Notes: a model not told the origin generated them from the sequence alone. Counted from the stretch's first letter, positions 19,592-28,920 are shown. The stretch is 64,000 nucleotides of DNA from Candidatus Onstottus arcticum (GCA_038040485.1 JBBPIE010000033.1:15633-79632), one strand, 5' to 3'. Program-made: numbers and translations.

Positions 19592-19960
19592 ATGGGATTT
19601 CTAGACTCGCTCACCGCAATGACAGATCGCATCGACGGTTGCGCCGCTGTAGTCATCCTCGGAATTGACGGGATACCGATCGAGCGTAAGGTTCGAGACC
19701 TTCATCCTTCGTTCGACATCGACGTGATCGCTACCGAGTTCACATCTCTAGTGCGCCGAAGCATGCGCACGGCCGAAGACACGGGGCTTGGAAGCCTTCG
19801 CGAGATGGTATTCGTCACCGAAGCGTTGACGTTTCTTTTGAGACCGATCACACCTGAGTACTTCCTGCTACTGGCGCTCAATGCAGGCACAAGCGTTGGC
19901 CGCGCCCGCTTCGAGCTACGCCGAGCCCAGCTCGCCCTGGAATCCGAATTCGCGATTTGA
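19592..19960 (+). CDS. roadblock/LC7 (MglB-like) domain protein
   Basis: Start at MGFLDSLTAMTDRIDGCAAVVILGIDGIPIE. Size and pattern are typical of the Robl/LC7 fold. The start is ambiguous (alternative at 19550). Confidence 0.55.
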   Translation: MGFLDSLTAMTDRIDGCAAVVILGIDGIPIERKVRDLHPSFDIDVIATEFTSLVRRSMRTAEDTGLGSLREMVFVTEALTFLLRPITPEYFLLLALNAGTSVGRARFELRRAQLALESEFAI

Positions 19961-20047
19961 AGCTTGCCTTGACGCGGCTGCCAGAGGAATGCCGACCATC
20001 CCAGGCCACATCGACGGTGTGTACCAGGAACTGCTAAACGCCTTTCC

Positions 20048-20141
20048 AGCCGCGTTCACGCGGCTTTCCGTATCAATAGGCCAGCCGTTTACGGCTGGTT
20101 CGCCGCTCGACCAGGTCGCCGCGAGCCCGTTTCAACGGGCT
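20048..20141 (+). repeat. three 7-4-7 GC-rich hairpins with a TTYA tetraloop (REP-like or tandem terminators)
   Basis: AGCCGCGttcaCGCGGCT (20048-20065), CCAGCCGtttaCGGCTGG (20081-20098), AGCCCGTttcaACGGGCT (20124-20141). Each is followed by a TT-rich tract. Confidence 0.6.
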
Positions 20142-20505
20142 TTCAATCGGTCTTTAGCACAACGCCTTCAAGGCTAAGGCCCATTCTGGAAGCACGCTAA
20201 AGCGATTTGTCGTGGTTCCTCGCGGCGCATCACCAGCCCGGCCTATGAGAACTTGGGACAAGCCCGATGAATCGAGCTTGTCGCCTCCGCGCGCACCCAA
20301 GCCGGCACGCAGCCTTGCCTCGCTTATCCTCGGTACTCTATCTTCTCTAGTTGGTTCCGGGATGAAATCGGCTACAGACTAGACCAGCGAGCGAGCCGAC
20401 ATCGACGATCATACGGAGGAGTTGGTGATTTGCAGTTGCCTGCCTCCGTAAGTGATACGGTGCACAAGCTTCGCAACTCAGCCCGGAGAAACGGAATCGG
20501 CATAA

Positions 20506-21687
20506 ATGGAAACGATACCAGCACACGGCGGCAGACTGATAAATCGCGAGCTTGCAGGCGTCGAGCGAGAGACTCTGCTCGAGCGCGTCCCGGCTATGCC
20601 GCGAATCACACTGCGGGCACGCGAGGTCTCAGACCTGGAGATGATTGCTAACGGCGCGTTCTCCCCGCTCGAAGGTTTCATGTGCGAAGACGACTATGTT
20701 GCCGTTCGCGGGAACATGCATTTGGCGTCGGGCTTGCCGTGGACGATCCCGGTCACGCTTTCGACAAGCGAGGAAATCGGGGGCGGGCTGCAACAGGGTT
20801 CGGACATTGCGCTCTTTGCCGGCGACGACCGTCTGCCTAGCGGCGATGATCATCTGCTGGGCGTGCTTCACCTGCGCCAAAAGTTTCGCTATGACAAGCA
20901 GCGCGAAGCCGAGAGGGTTTATCTGACGACCGACACCGCGCATCCGGGAGTTGCGGCGCTTTACGAGCAAGGCGAATGGCTGTTGGGCGGACCGATCAGC
21001 TTGTTGAACCGGCCAAAGAACCCGGCGTTCCCGGTTTATCGGCTGGACCCGGCGGGAACCCGCGCGGCGTTCAACAAGAAGGGCTGGCACCGGGTTGTTG
21101 CGTTCCAGACTCGCAATCCGATCCACAGGGCTCACGAGTACATAATCAAGTGCGCGCTCGAGACGGTTGACGGGTTGCTGCTGCACCCTCTGGTGGGCGA
21201 GACAAAATCTGATGACATTCCCGCCGAAGTGCGAATGGAATGCTACCAAGCGATGTTGGAGCACTACTTTCCCCGCACTCGCACGATGCTGGCGGTAAAC
21301 CCGGCGGCGATGAGGTACGCGGGCCCGCGCGAAGCGGTGTTTCATGCGATCATTCGAAAAAACTATGGCTGCACTCATTTCATAGTCGGGCGCGATCACG
21401 CGGGAGTCGGCAATTACTACGGGACTTACGACGCGCACTACATCTTCAACGAGTTTGACTCCGAAGAGCTGGCCATCACGCCGATGTTCTTCGATCACTC
21501 GTTTTATTGCCGCCGCTGCGACGCGATGGCTTCGAACAAGACGTGTCCACACGACTCATCGGAACACGTCACGCTGTCTGGGACGAAGGTGCGCGAGCTG
21601 CTTGCGAAGGGTGAATTGCCGCCCGGCGAGTTCTCGCGCCCCGAAGTCGCCCAGATCCTGATTCGAGCCATGAGCGGAGCAGGCTAG
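20506..21687 (+). CDS. sat: sulfate adenylyltransferase (ATP sulfurylase)
   Basis: [12 protein letters not shown] and VGRDHAGVG signature motifs. The PUA-like N-terminal domain contains [10 protein letters not shown]. Confidence 0.9.
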   Translation: METIPAHGGRLINRELAGVERETLLERVPAMPRITLRAREVSDLEMIANGAFSPLEGFMCEDDYVAVRGNMHLASGLPWTIPVTLSTSEEIGGGLQQGSDIALFAGDDRLPSGDDHLLGVLHLRQKFRYDKQREAERVYLTTDTAHPGVAALYEQGEWLLGGPISLLNRPKNPAFPVYRLDPAGTRAAFNKKGWHRVVAFQTRNPIHRAHEYIIKCALETVDGLLLHPLVGETKSDDIPAEVRMECYQAMLEHYFPRTRTMLAVNPAAMRYAGPREAVFHAIIRKNYGCTHFIVGRDHAGVGNYYGTYDAHYIFNEFDSEELAITPMFFDHSFYCRRCDAMASNKTCPHDSSEHVTLSGTKVRELLAKGELPPGEFSRPEVAQILIRAMSGAG

Positions 21688-21841
21688 CAATTAGTCATAT
21701 TGTCTCCTCGTGAGACATCATCAAACCCGCTTTTTTTCGCTAGGTCATTTGAGGGCGCGCGTGCTAAACTCGACGCCCGTTAGAGAAACGAGCCAAGGCG
21801 GCCGACTTCTCAACGGAACTTGTTTTCTGAGGGACCTTCGA

Positions 21842-23335
21842 ATGAAAGCCGCGCCCCTGTTTCTGCGGACCACTACGCTTGCGATATTCGCGCTGCTGCT
21901 CGCCAGTCAGTCAATTCCTGCCTACGGCTTCTTCCACCCTGCGGATGGCCCGGATTCGATTTCGGACGATGATCGCTGGGACAACTCTATGCGGCTTGCG
22001 GACGCGAATGCCGCGCCCTTCACTTCTGTTCGCTCGATCGCGGTCATGGGCAAAGATGTTTACGTCGGCGGGAGGTTGGCTTCGGCGGGCGGAGTCCCAG
22101 TCAGCGGCATAGCACGGTGGGATGGGGTAACCTGGTCCAACGTCGGCGGAGGAATCGATTTTTGCCGGGGCATCTTTTGCTTTCCAACTGCCTACGCGCT
22201 GGAGGTAAAAGGTGACGAGTTGATCGTTGGGGGGAACTTTGGTTCGATAGGTGGCGTCCTTGCCAACAAGGTAGCGAAGTGGGACGGCAGCAAATGGTCC
22301 ACTATCGGTGATGGGATAAACATCTGCGACGGGCCTGATTGCGTGACGGTTCAATCAATCGCGTTGAGCGGGGACAATATCTACGCTATAGGCAACGTCC
22401 TCACTGACGTGAAGGACATCGGGGGCACTGTCAGGGTTCAAGGCTTCGTTATCTGGGACGGCGCCAACTGGTCACCGCTAGGAGGCGGAGTCATCGGTGA
22501 CAGCGTGACCGCCTCGATCAACGCGATCGCGGTGAGCGGAACCGACGTCTACGTTGGCGGCAACTTCTGGTCGGCGGGCGGAATCGCTGCGAAAAACATC
22601 GTTCGATGGACCGGCAGCGCCTGGGCAGCGCTTGGCAGCGGTGTCGAAGGGTGCGTGAGCGCGAACCCCAATTTCGCTTGCTCGCCGTACGTTGCGACGA
22701 TCGCGGCAAAAGGGAAAGACGTTTACGCCGGAGGCCGCTTCGCGGCCGCGGGTGGAACGAGCGCCAACAACATAGCGCGGTGGGACGGCGAGAGATGGCA
22801 CGCGCTGGGAAGCGGCGCAAACGGTTTGGTCATGAAGCTCGCGGTCCACGGAGACTGGATTTATGCCGGCGGCACTTTTACTGAGATCGACGGTGTAAAG
22901 GCAAACGGGATCGCTCGGTTCGACGGCTCCAAGTGGTCGCCCGTCGGCAGCGGAGTGGACGGGTTTGTGGACGTGATCGCATTCAGCGATAACCATATGT
23001 ACATCGCGGGCGGCTTCAGCACCGCGGGCGGCAAACCAGCTTTTAACATTGTTCGCTGGGCGCTGCCGCAAGCGGAGACTGACCCGCTGGCCTTATTGCC
23101 GAGAATCGCTAGCATCTCGATCTCGCATAAGAAGCTGACGGTTGTGGGCGAGCGGTTCGATGAAGGCGCGGTCGTACTGCTAAACGGATTCTCTCAGAAA
23201 ACCGAGAATGTCCGGAAAAAACCGACGACCCATCTAATAGCGCGGCGGTCGGGACGGATCGCAAAGACCGGAGACACACTTCAAGTGCAAAACCGCGACG
23301 GCAAGCTGTCGCCCGAGTTTCTGGTCGCACGGTAG
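21842..23335 (+). CDS. secreted repeat (beta-propeller-like) protein
   Basis: Start at MKAAPLFLRTTTLAIFALLLASQ. About 9 repeats of the W(D/T)G..W(S).(V/L)G.G..... pattern, each followed by (V/I)Y(V/A)GG.F. C-terminal Ig-like tail. Confidence 0.55.
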   Translation: MKAAPLFLRTTTLAIFALLLASQSIPAYGFFHPADGPDSISDDDRWDNSMRLADANAAPFTSVRSIAVMGKDVYVGGRLASAGGVPVSGIARWDGVTWSNVGGGIDFCRGIFCFPTAYALEVKGDELIVGGNFGSIGGVLANKVAKWDGSKWSTIGDGINICDGPDCVTVQSIALSGDNIYAIGNVLTDVKDIGGTVRVQGFVIWDGANWSPLGGGVIGDSVTASINAIAVSGTDVYVGGNFWSAGGIAAKNIVRWTGSAWAALGSGVEGCVSANPNFACSPYVATIAAKGKDVYAGGRFAAAGGTSANNIARWDGERWHALGSGANGLVMKLAVHGDWIYAGGTFTEIDGVKANGIARFDGSKWSPVGSGVDGFVDVIAFSDNHMYIAGGFSTAGGKPAFNIVRWALPQAETDPLALLPRIASISISHKKLTVVGERFDEGAVVLLNGFSQKTENVRKKPTTHLIARRSGRIAKTGDTLQVQNRDGKLSPEFLVAR

Positions 23336-23512
23336 TCACCGCGCGGGACTTCGCAAGCCTCCCGGCTTCCAGCCCCTCACTGCTGAGTTCAGCGTGCTTG
23401 CCGCGCGAGCTAATATCTGCTTTTATTGCTCCGCTTGAGACGTGTAGAGTATAATCCGCTTGCCGTTAAGTAGGCCCTCGCGTGACTGATGGCAGTTGGA
23501 GACCCAACCTCT

Positions 23513-24322
23513 ATGATCAGGTGCGACAACTGTGGGACAAACAATATTGACGGTAGTGAGTACTGCGACGAGTGCGGCATGAGGTTGGACCTGGCGCCTC
23601 CGCCACGTGTTCGCCGAAGCGAGCCACGAATCTACCAGCCACCGAGCGCCGTCGAAAGCGAGCCGGTGCAACCGACGACCCTGGATGGCGCGTTGCCCTC
23701 TCCGCCTTCGTTTACAACTTCCACAAGCGTTCCAAGGGCTGCGAAGCCGGCACGGTCGCAGCGGAGAAACGACTCCAGCGGAGCCAATGCCATCAGCCAG
23801 GCGGGGAACTCCAAGCGCCGCAGCGAAACGATGGAGCGCGGCGCACCGAGCTTTGACTCAGAAGGCAAAATAGCCGAAGCGGTGCGATCAGGCGCGCGCT
23901 CGCCTCAAACGTTTGCGCTCTCGTCGCCGGCTAGAAGGGAAGCGCTGGACGCCGATCGTTCCGCGCCGCCGCTTGCAGGCGACTCACGACTAAAGGCGCG
24001 GCTTGTGGTCGAGCGCGGCGGGCGGGTCGGACGAGAGTTCGCCATCACCGGCATCGAAACAAATATCGGTCGGTGGGATGCCGACAGCGGCATATTTCCA
24101 GACGTCGATTTGGATGAGGACGATCCCGAAGCTAAGATCTCGCGCCGGCATGCCCGCATCGTCAATCACGACAGCCAGTACTTCATCGAAGATCTGGGCT
24201 CGACCAACGGCACGTTTGTGAATCGCGGCAGAAGACTTCTTCCAGGCAAGCGGCAAATGCTTCAGAACGGAGACGAGATCATCGTCGGGAAAACGTTTCT
24301 GAAGTTTCAGGTTCTCAGGTGA
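23513..24322 (+). CDS. zinc-ribbon / FHA domain protein
   Basis: MIRCDNCGTNNIDGSEYCDECG (start preferred because GGAGA lies 13 nt upstream; alternative ATG at 23489). Disordered linker. C-terminal FHA domain (NIGR..SRRHARI..IEDLGSTNGTFVN). Confidence 0.75.
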   Translation: MIRCDNCGTNNIDGSEYCDECGMRLDLAPPPRVRRSEPRIYQPPSAVESEPVQPTTLDGALPSPPSFTTSTSVPRAAKPARSQRRNDSSGANAISQAGNSKRRSETMERGAPSFDSEGKIAEAVRSGARSPQTFALSSPARREALDADRSAPPLAGDSRLKARLVVERGGRVGREFAITGIETNIGRWDADSGIFPDVDLDEDDPEAKISRRHARIVNHDSQYFIEDLGSTNGTFVNRGRRLLPGKRQMLQNGDEIIVGKTFLKFQVLR

Positions 24323-24323
24323 T

Positions 24324-24357
24324 GGTTTCTGGTTTATGGTTTTTGGTTTCCGGTTCG
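24324..24357. repeat. tandem heptamer array (GGTTTNT x5), half-element without a clear partner arm
   Basis: ggtttct ggtttat ggttttt ggtttcc ggttcgc, immediately after the stop at 24322. The repeat unit is the same as at 38509-38615. Confidence 0.7.
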
Positions 24358-24424
24358 CACCCCCAAAGCAACACAAGGGCCTGGATCTGAGAGACCATAA
24401 GTCAGGAACTCGGAACCGATCGTT

Positions 24425-26062
24425 ATGTTTTGTCCAGAATGCGGACACCCATTAGAGCCAGGAGATTCGGTTTGTGGAAAGTGTGGAGCCCGGCAGCAAC
24501 CGGTGCCGCCTGCACCTCCACCGGTCGTCGTGAGCGCCCGGGTGAGCGCTGAGGAGCCTATGCCCGAGTCCAAAAAGCCAAAGCAGCCGGCGACCCAGCA
24601 ACTCGAGCCGGGGACGCTCTTGCTGGACCGCTACTCGATTGTTCATCGAGTCGGCGGCGGCGGTATGGGCTCGGTGTATCAGGCCCGCGACAAACGGCTG
24701 GCGGAACGCCTTTGCGCGGTCAAAGAGATGATCGAGATGTTCGCCGATCAGGCGCAGCGGGCAAAGGCCGTCGAAGACTTCAAGCGAGAGGCGGAAGTGC
24801 TTGCGCAGCTCGATCATCCGTCCATCCCGACCGTGTTCGACTACTTCATTGAGAGCGGCCGCTACTATCTGGTGATGAGGTGGATTGGCGGCGGCGACCT
24901 CGCCGACCAGATGCGATTGCGGCAAGGTGTCATCGAAGAGTCGATTGTCACCAAGTGGGCCATCCAGATTTGCGATGTGCTGCATTACATACACCAGCAG
25001 CGGCCGCCGATTATCTATCGCGACTTGAAGCCCGCAAACCTGATGCTGGACGACAAGACCGGCCGGGTGATGCTGGTGGACTTTGGGATTGCTCGGATAG
25101 TGCGGCCAACCGAGAAGGGCGTCACCGCGATAGGCACTATGGGCTACGCGCCGCCCGAGTTGTTTGCGGGCAAAGTCGAGCCGCGCTCGGACATCTACTC
25201 GCTTGGAGCGACGATGTTTCACATGCTGACCGGCTCGGACCCGCAGGACAATCCTCTTTTGATCTTCGACTTCAGCAAGAACCCTCGGCCATGCCAGATC
25301 AATCCGGCGATCTCGCCAGAGATGGAGCGGATTCTGATGAAGTCGGTGGCGCACAAGCCCGAGGACCGGCATTCGTCGTCGCTCGAGTTCATGCGCGCGC
25401 TTGAAGAACACAGCGGCCGTCTTGAATCGCGGCCGCGAATTGAGCAGCCGAGACCCTCGCCGGCTCGCCCTCGCACACCGGCGGGCAGTGCTTATCCTCC
25501 GATCAGCTCGGCCCCCCGTGAGCCGCGTTCAGGCACAGCGAGTTCCGCCGCGGCGGGCGGCTCAGCGCTGGCTAGCGGCGCTGCGATCGAATGGGTCTTC
25601 TGCGGGCATTGCGGCGAGAAGATAGGCGGCGACGATGTCTACTGTGCACATTGCGGACAGCGTCAACCAATGGCAGGTGCAGCAGCCGCGGGATACGAGG
25701 GATCCGGCGCCGCCGGACGCATCACCGCGCAACTGCTCATCGTCGGGACCAATGACATGGTCAAGCCGTTCACTATCGACAAGGAGAGCGTGCTGATCGG
25801 GCGCACTGACCCGCACACTGGCATCTTTCCAGAGATCGACCTCACCATGTATGACCCCGAGACCAAGGTCTCGCGCAAACACGCTAGAATCTACCGGCAG
25901 GGCGAACAGTTCCTCGTCGAGGACCTGGGATCGGTGAACGGAACAGTGGTCAACTCGACCACCGGCGGCTCTGTCAGACTCAACGCAAAAGCGCCCCGTG
26001 TGCTCACAGCCGGCGACGAATTGAAGCTCGGCGGAACCATTTTGCAATTCAAGATGGTCTAG
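24425..26062 (+). CDS. Ser/Thr protein kinase with N-terminal zinc ribbon, internal zinc ribbon and C-terminal FHA domain
   Basis: MFCPECG..CGKCG. Hanks motifs: CAVKEM (Lys), YRDLKPANLM, VDFGIAR, GYAPPEL. Second ribbon CGHCGEKIGGDDVYCAHCG. FHA domain (LIGR..SRKHARI..VEDLGSVNGTVVN). Confidence 0.9.
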   Translation: MFCPECGHPLEPGDSVCGKCGARQQPVPPAPPPVVVSARVSAEEPMPESKKPKQPATQQLEPGTLLLDRYSIVHRVGGGGMGSVYQARDKRLAERLCAVKEMIEMFADQAQRAKAVEDFKREAEVLAQLDHPSIPTVFDYFIESGRYYLVMRWIGGGDLADQMRLRQGVIEESIVTKWAIQICDVLHYIHQQRPPIIYRDLKPANLMLDDKTGRVMLVDFGIARIVRPTEKGVTAIGTMGYAPPELFAGKVEPRSDIYSLGATMFHMLTGSDPQDNPLLIFDFSKNPRPCQINPAISPEMERILMKSVAHKPEDRHSSSLEFMRALEEHSGRLESRPRIEQPRPSPARPRTPAGSAYPPISSAPREPRSGTASSAAAGGSALASGAAIEWVFCGHCGEKIGGDDVYCAHCGQRQPMAGAAAAGYEGSGAAGRITAQLLIVGTNDMVKPFTIDKESVLIGRTDPHTGIFPEIDLTMYDPETKVSRKHARIYRQGEQFLVEDLGSVNGTVVNSTTGGSVRLNAKAPRVLTAGDELKLGGTILQFKMV

Positions 26063-26146
26063 GTTAAGTTAGGCCGTGGTCGGAAGTCGCGGCTGTCGCG
26101 TCACGTTCGATCATGACCGCGCCGCCTACTCCCCGGGGCTCTTGCA

Positions 26147-26896
26147 ATGACGAAATACTGTCCATACTGCGGCAAAGAGCTTAACGACCGATCGAAATTC
26201 TGCCCGCAATGCGGCAAGGCCAAGCCTGCAAGGAACCGCCCGGCTGCAGTAGCCGTCGGCGAGCCGCACTCGCAAGACCCGGGCACTCAATCCGCAGTGC
26301 CGGGAACTGCACCGTTCCGAAGCATGGAGCGAGCTTCGGGCGCAGAGCGGGTGTCGCCGGGTGTTGATCCGATCGCCAGGCCGAGGACCACCGTTTCGAG
26401 GCCGGCAAACGGATCGGCGGCGGCGATCCGCAGCGCTCCGCGCCGCTACGCGCCACCGACTCATGCGCTGATCGGCGCGTTTGAACAAGCGGGCTTCGGG
26501 TTACGCTACGGAGCCTGGATGTTTGATTTTCTGATTACGCTGATCGCGATCATGGTCTTCACTTTCATCGTGACCGCGGTCAGTCATCGTTCGGTTGTTG
26601 GCTCGAACCGCGATCTTCTGATCGTAACCGTGCTGACCGCGTTGCTGTTTGTTTTGAATTTCGTCGCGCTTGCCGGCTCGAATGGTCAGAGCGCCGGTAT
26701 GCGCATTCTGGGTATCTACATCGTGCGTGTGGACGGCAGGCCGTTTTCCATGAAGGACGCCGTCCTGCGCCATCTGGTTGGGTATCCGCTCTCGATGTTG
26801 GCGTTCTTCCTCGGGTTTCTCTGGGTATTGTGGGACCCGCGGCAGCAAGGCTGGCACGACAAGATCGCGCGCACAATTGTAGTGATGTCAAAGTGA
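26147..26896 (+). CDS. zinc-ribbon / RDD-family membrane protein
   Basis: MTKYCPYCGKELNDRSKFCPQCG. The C-terminal half has 3 TM segments and the RDD-type ending WHDKIARTIVV. Confidence 0.75.
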   Translation: MTKYCPYCGKELNDRSKFCPQCGKAKPARNRPAAVAVGEPHSQDPGTQSAVPGTAPFRSMERASGAERVSPGVDPIARPRTTVSRPANGSAAAIRSAPRRYAPPTHALIGAFEQAGFGLRYGAWMFDFLITLIAIMVFTFIVTAVSHRSVVGSNRDLLIVTVLTALLFVLNFVALAGSNGQSAGMRILGIYIVRVDGRPFSMKDAVLRHLVGYPLSMLAFFLGFLWVLWDPRQQGWHDKIARTIVVMSK

Positions 26897-26899
26897 ACC

Positions 26900-27077
26900 G
26901 ATTTTGGGTTTTAGATTTTGGATTTGAGGAAACATGAGCGTGATGCGTGATGCGTGATTCGTGATCCGTGAGGCGTGATCCGTGAGCCGGCAGAGTTTCC
27001 GGTCACGAATCACGCATCACGAATCACTCTTGGTTCCCTAATCCAAAATCCAAAATCTAAAATCCAAAATCCAAAAC
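26900..27077. repeat. compound ~180-nt hairpin built from two nested tandem-heptamer arrays (GATTTTG-type outer, CGTGATN-type inner)
   Basis: The outer arm 26900-26929 (gattttgggttttagattttggatttgagg) is complementary to 27039-27077 (taatccaaaatccaaaatctaaaatccaaaatccaaaac). The inner arm 26938-26990 (gcgtgatgcgtgatgcgtgattcgtgatccgtgaggcgtgatccgtgagccgg) is complementary to 26999-27027 (ccggtcacgaatcacgcatcacgaatcac). It fills the whole intergenic gap. Confidence 0.85.
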
Positions 27078-27081
27078 GCCT

Positions 27082-28845
27082 ATGCAAACTTTCATCGTTA
27101 GACCAAAGGATTACGAACCTTCGACTTATAAGCTGGACAAGTCGAAGCTGACCATTGGCCGCTCTTCGCGCAACGATATCTGCATCGGCGATCCGTTCGC
27201 GTCCCGGCTTCACGCGGAGATCCGCCTCGAAAACGATCAGGTGCTTCTGGTCGACAACGGGAGCGCCAACGGAACCTTTCTGAACGGCGTTCGTGTGACC
27301 GGCACGATCGGCCTCGAGCCTGGCGACACGATTCGGATCGGCGAGACTGAAATAGAATACTCATCCGACTCGCAATCGATGTTGTCGGGTGCAACTGTTT
27401 ATTTGTCGGGCCCGATCGCCGATTCGCTGCCTGCTGACACTATCACTTCGCCGATCGCCGGTCGCAATACATCGGATTTGATCTCCTCGATCCGTTCGGG
27501 CTCAATCACCGGCGATGTGAAGCCTGCGTCAGGCGCGCGCGCGCAAATGGCGACCGAAGCTCCGAGCCGCGATCTTCTCAGCATCGTCTCGCAAGTGGGC
27601 ATCGCGCTTCTGCCGCGCACCTCGCTCGAAGACACGTTGAAGATGACCATCGACCTGGTGTTCCAGGCGATCCCAGCCGAACGCGGATTCCTGTTCTTAA
27701 AGGAAGACGGCGACCTGACCTGCAAAATCGCGCGGGGCGCAAACGAAGCGGCGCTGCCGGGCGCGTCACAGGTCCAGCTAAGCCGGTCGATCACGAACAA
27801 GGTCATCAGCGAGGGAACTTCGGTGTTGACCTCGGACGCCATGAGCGACCCGAGATTTCAGTCTCAGAACTCGGTCGTGCTCAGCCAGATAAGATCGGTG
27901 ATGGCCGTCCCGTTGGCTTCCAGCGAAGAAATTTTCGGAATGATCTATGTGGACAATCCGTTCCACAGCCGGTTCAAGGAAGAAGACCTCAATGTTCTGA
28001 AGACAATAGCTTCGGTCGCCTCGATCAAGATCGAGCACGAGAGGCTGCTCGACGAGCGGCTCGAGAAACGGCGAATGGAAGAAGAGCTGAAGGTCGCATC
28101 TGAAATTCAGATGAGGCTCCAGCCTTTCGCGCCCCCGAAGATAGACGGGTGGGACATGACCGGCGTGTCGTTTCCTTGCCGCGAAATCGGAGGCGATTAC
28201 TACGATTTCATCAGACGTAAACGGGACAACCGCCTGATTGTCGCGGTGGGTGACGTTTCGGGCAAGGGGACCGGCGCGGCGCTTCTTATGTCGTCGCTCC
28301 ATGCCGCCGTTCGCGCGCAGTCGCAGACTCGCTCGACAATCAGCGAAGTGATGGGCGAGATCAATGCCTACATCTTCGAGAACTCGCCGCCCAACAAGTT
28401 CCTCACTCTGTTTTACGGCGAACTCGATCCTGAAACCGGAACGCTTCGGTATTCGAACGGCGGGCACAATACCCCGTTTCTTCTCCGCCGGCCGGGCGAG
28501 ATCGTGTACCTGGACCAGGGCGGGCTGCCGATCGGTATGATGGAGAGCGCCGCGGCCTATGAGGAGGGTTCGGTTACGTTCGAGCCTGGCGACGTGCTTG
28601 TAATCTACAGCGACGGCATAACCGAATCGGTCAATGAGAAGGACGAGGAGTTCGGTGAGTGGCGGTTGACCGAAGTGCTCAAGAACAACCTCAAACGGTC
28701 TGCCTCCGGCATCCGTGACCGCGTCGACGAAGCGCTCTCACGGTTCGTGGGCACAACGCCTCCGGTCGATGACATGACGCTGATGATCATCAAGCGAACC
28801 GACGGTGAATTAGTCGACGACAGCGAGAGGACCATGCGTTCCTAG
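27082..28845 (+). CDS. FHA - GAF - PP2C (SpoIIE-type) protein phosphatase
   Basis: N-terminal FHA domain (LTIGRSSRNDICIGDPFASRLHAEI..VDNGSANGTFLNG). Central GAF-like region. PP2C motifs GGDYYDF, VGDVSGKG, IYSDGITE, DDMTLMII. Confidence 0.85.
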   Translation: MQTFIVRPKDYEPSTYKLDKSKLTIGRSSRNDICIGDPFASRLHAEIRLENDQVLLVDNGSANGTFLNGVRVTGTIGLEPGDTIRIGETEIEYSSDSQSMLSGATVYLSGPIADSLPADTITSPIAGRNTSDLISSIRSGSITGDVKPASGARAQMATEAPSRDLLSIVSQVGIALLPRTSLEDTLKMTIDLVFQAIPAERGFLFLKEDGDLTCKIARGANEAALPGASQVQLSRSITNKVISEGTSVLTSDAMSDPRFQSQNSVVLSQIRSVMAVPLASSEEIFGMIYVDNPFHSRFKEEDLNVLKTIASVASIKIEHERLLDERLEKRRMEEELKVASEIQMRLQPFAPPKIDGWDMTGVSFPCREIGGDYYDFIRRKRDNRLIVAVGDVSGKGTGAALLMSSLHAAVRAQSQTRSTISEVMGEINAYIFENSPPNKFLTLFYGELDPETGTLRYSNGGHNTPFLLRRPGEIVYLDQGGLPIGMMESAAAYEEGSVTFEPGDVLVIYSDGITESVNEKDEEFGEWRLTEVLKNNLKRSASGIRDRVDEALSRFVGTTPPVDDMTLMIIKRTDGELVDDSERTMRS

Positions 28846-28874
28846 GATATCTAGCGAGTCTGGAGAGTCCATCC

Positions 28875-28920
28875 TTTTGTTCCTCTTCGTCCCTTTCGTC
28901 TTTTTCGTCCTTTTCGCCCC
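28875..28920. repeat. tandem T/C-rich short repeat (TTCGTCC-type), half-element
   Basis: ttttgttcctcttcgtccctttcgtctttttcgtccttttcgcccc, downstream of the stop at 28845. Confidence 0.55.

Noticed and set aside
19961-20505. Possible SAM-type riboswitch upstream of the sulfate assimilation gene (a GCCCGATGAA-like string is present)
   Set aside because: The other conserved SAM-I/SAM-IV elements (kink-turn, GGUGCUAA, AGAUGAG-type closing helix) are not present, so the resemblance is limited to one short string.
20629-21552. 307-aa minus-strand ORF antisense to sat
   Set aside because: The sat frame carries diagnostic ATP sulfurylase motifs. The antisense product has no motifs and an Arg-rich composition.
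24452-25411. 319-aa minus-strand ORF antisense to the Ser/Thr kinase
   Set aside because: The kinase frame has all Hanks motifs. The antisense ORF is a compositional artefact.
26900-27077. Regularly spaced short repeats that could be mistaken for a CRISPR array (also at 38509-38615 and 62139-62293)
   Set aside because: The units are 7 nt, directly abutting, with no unique spacers. The arrays occur as complementary arms of a hairpin, and no cas genes are present in the window.
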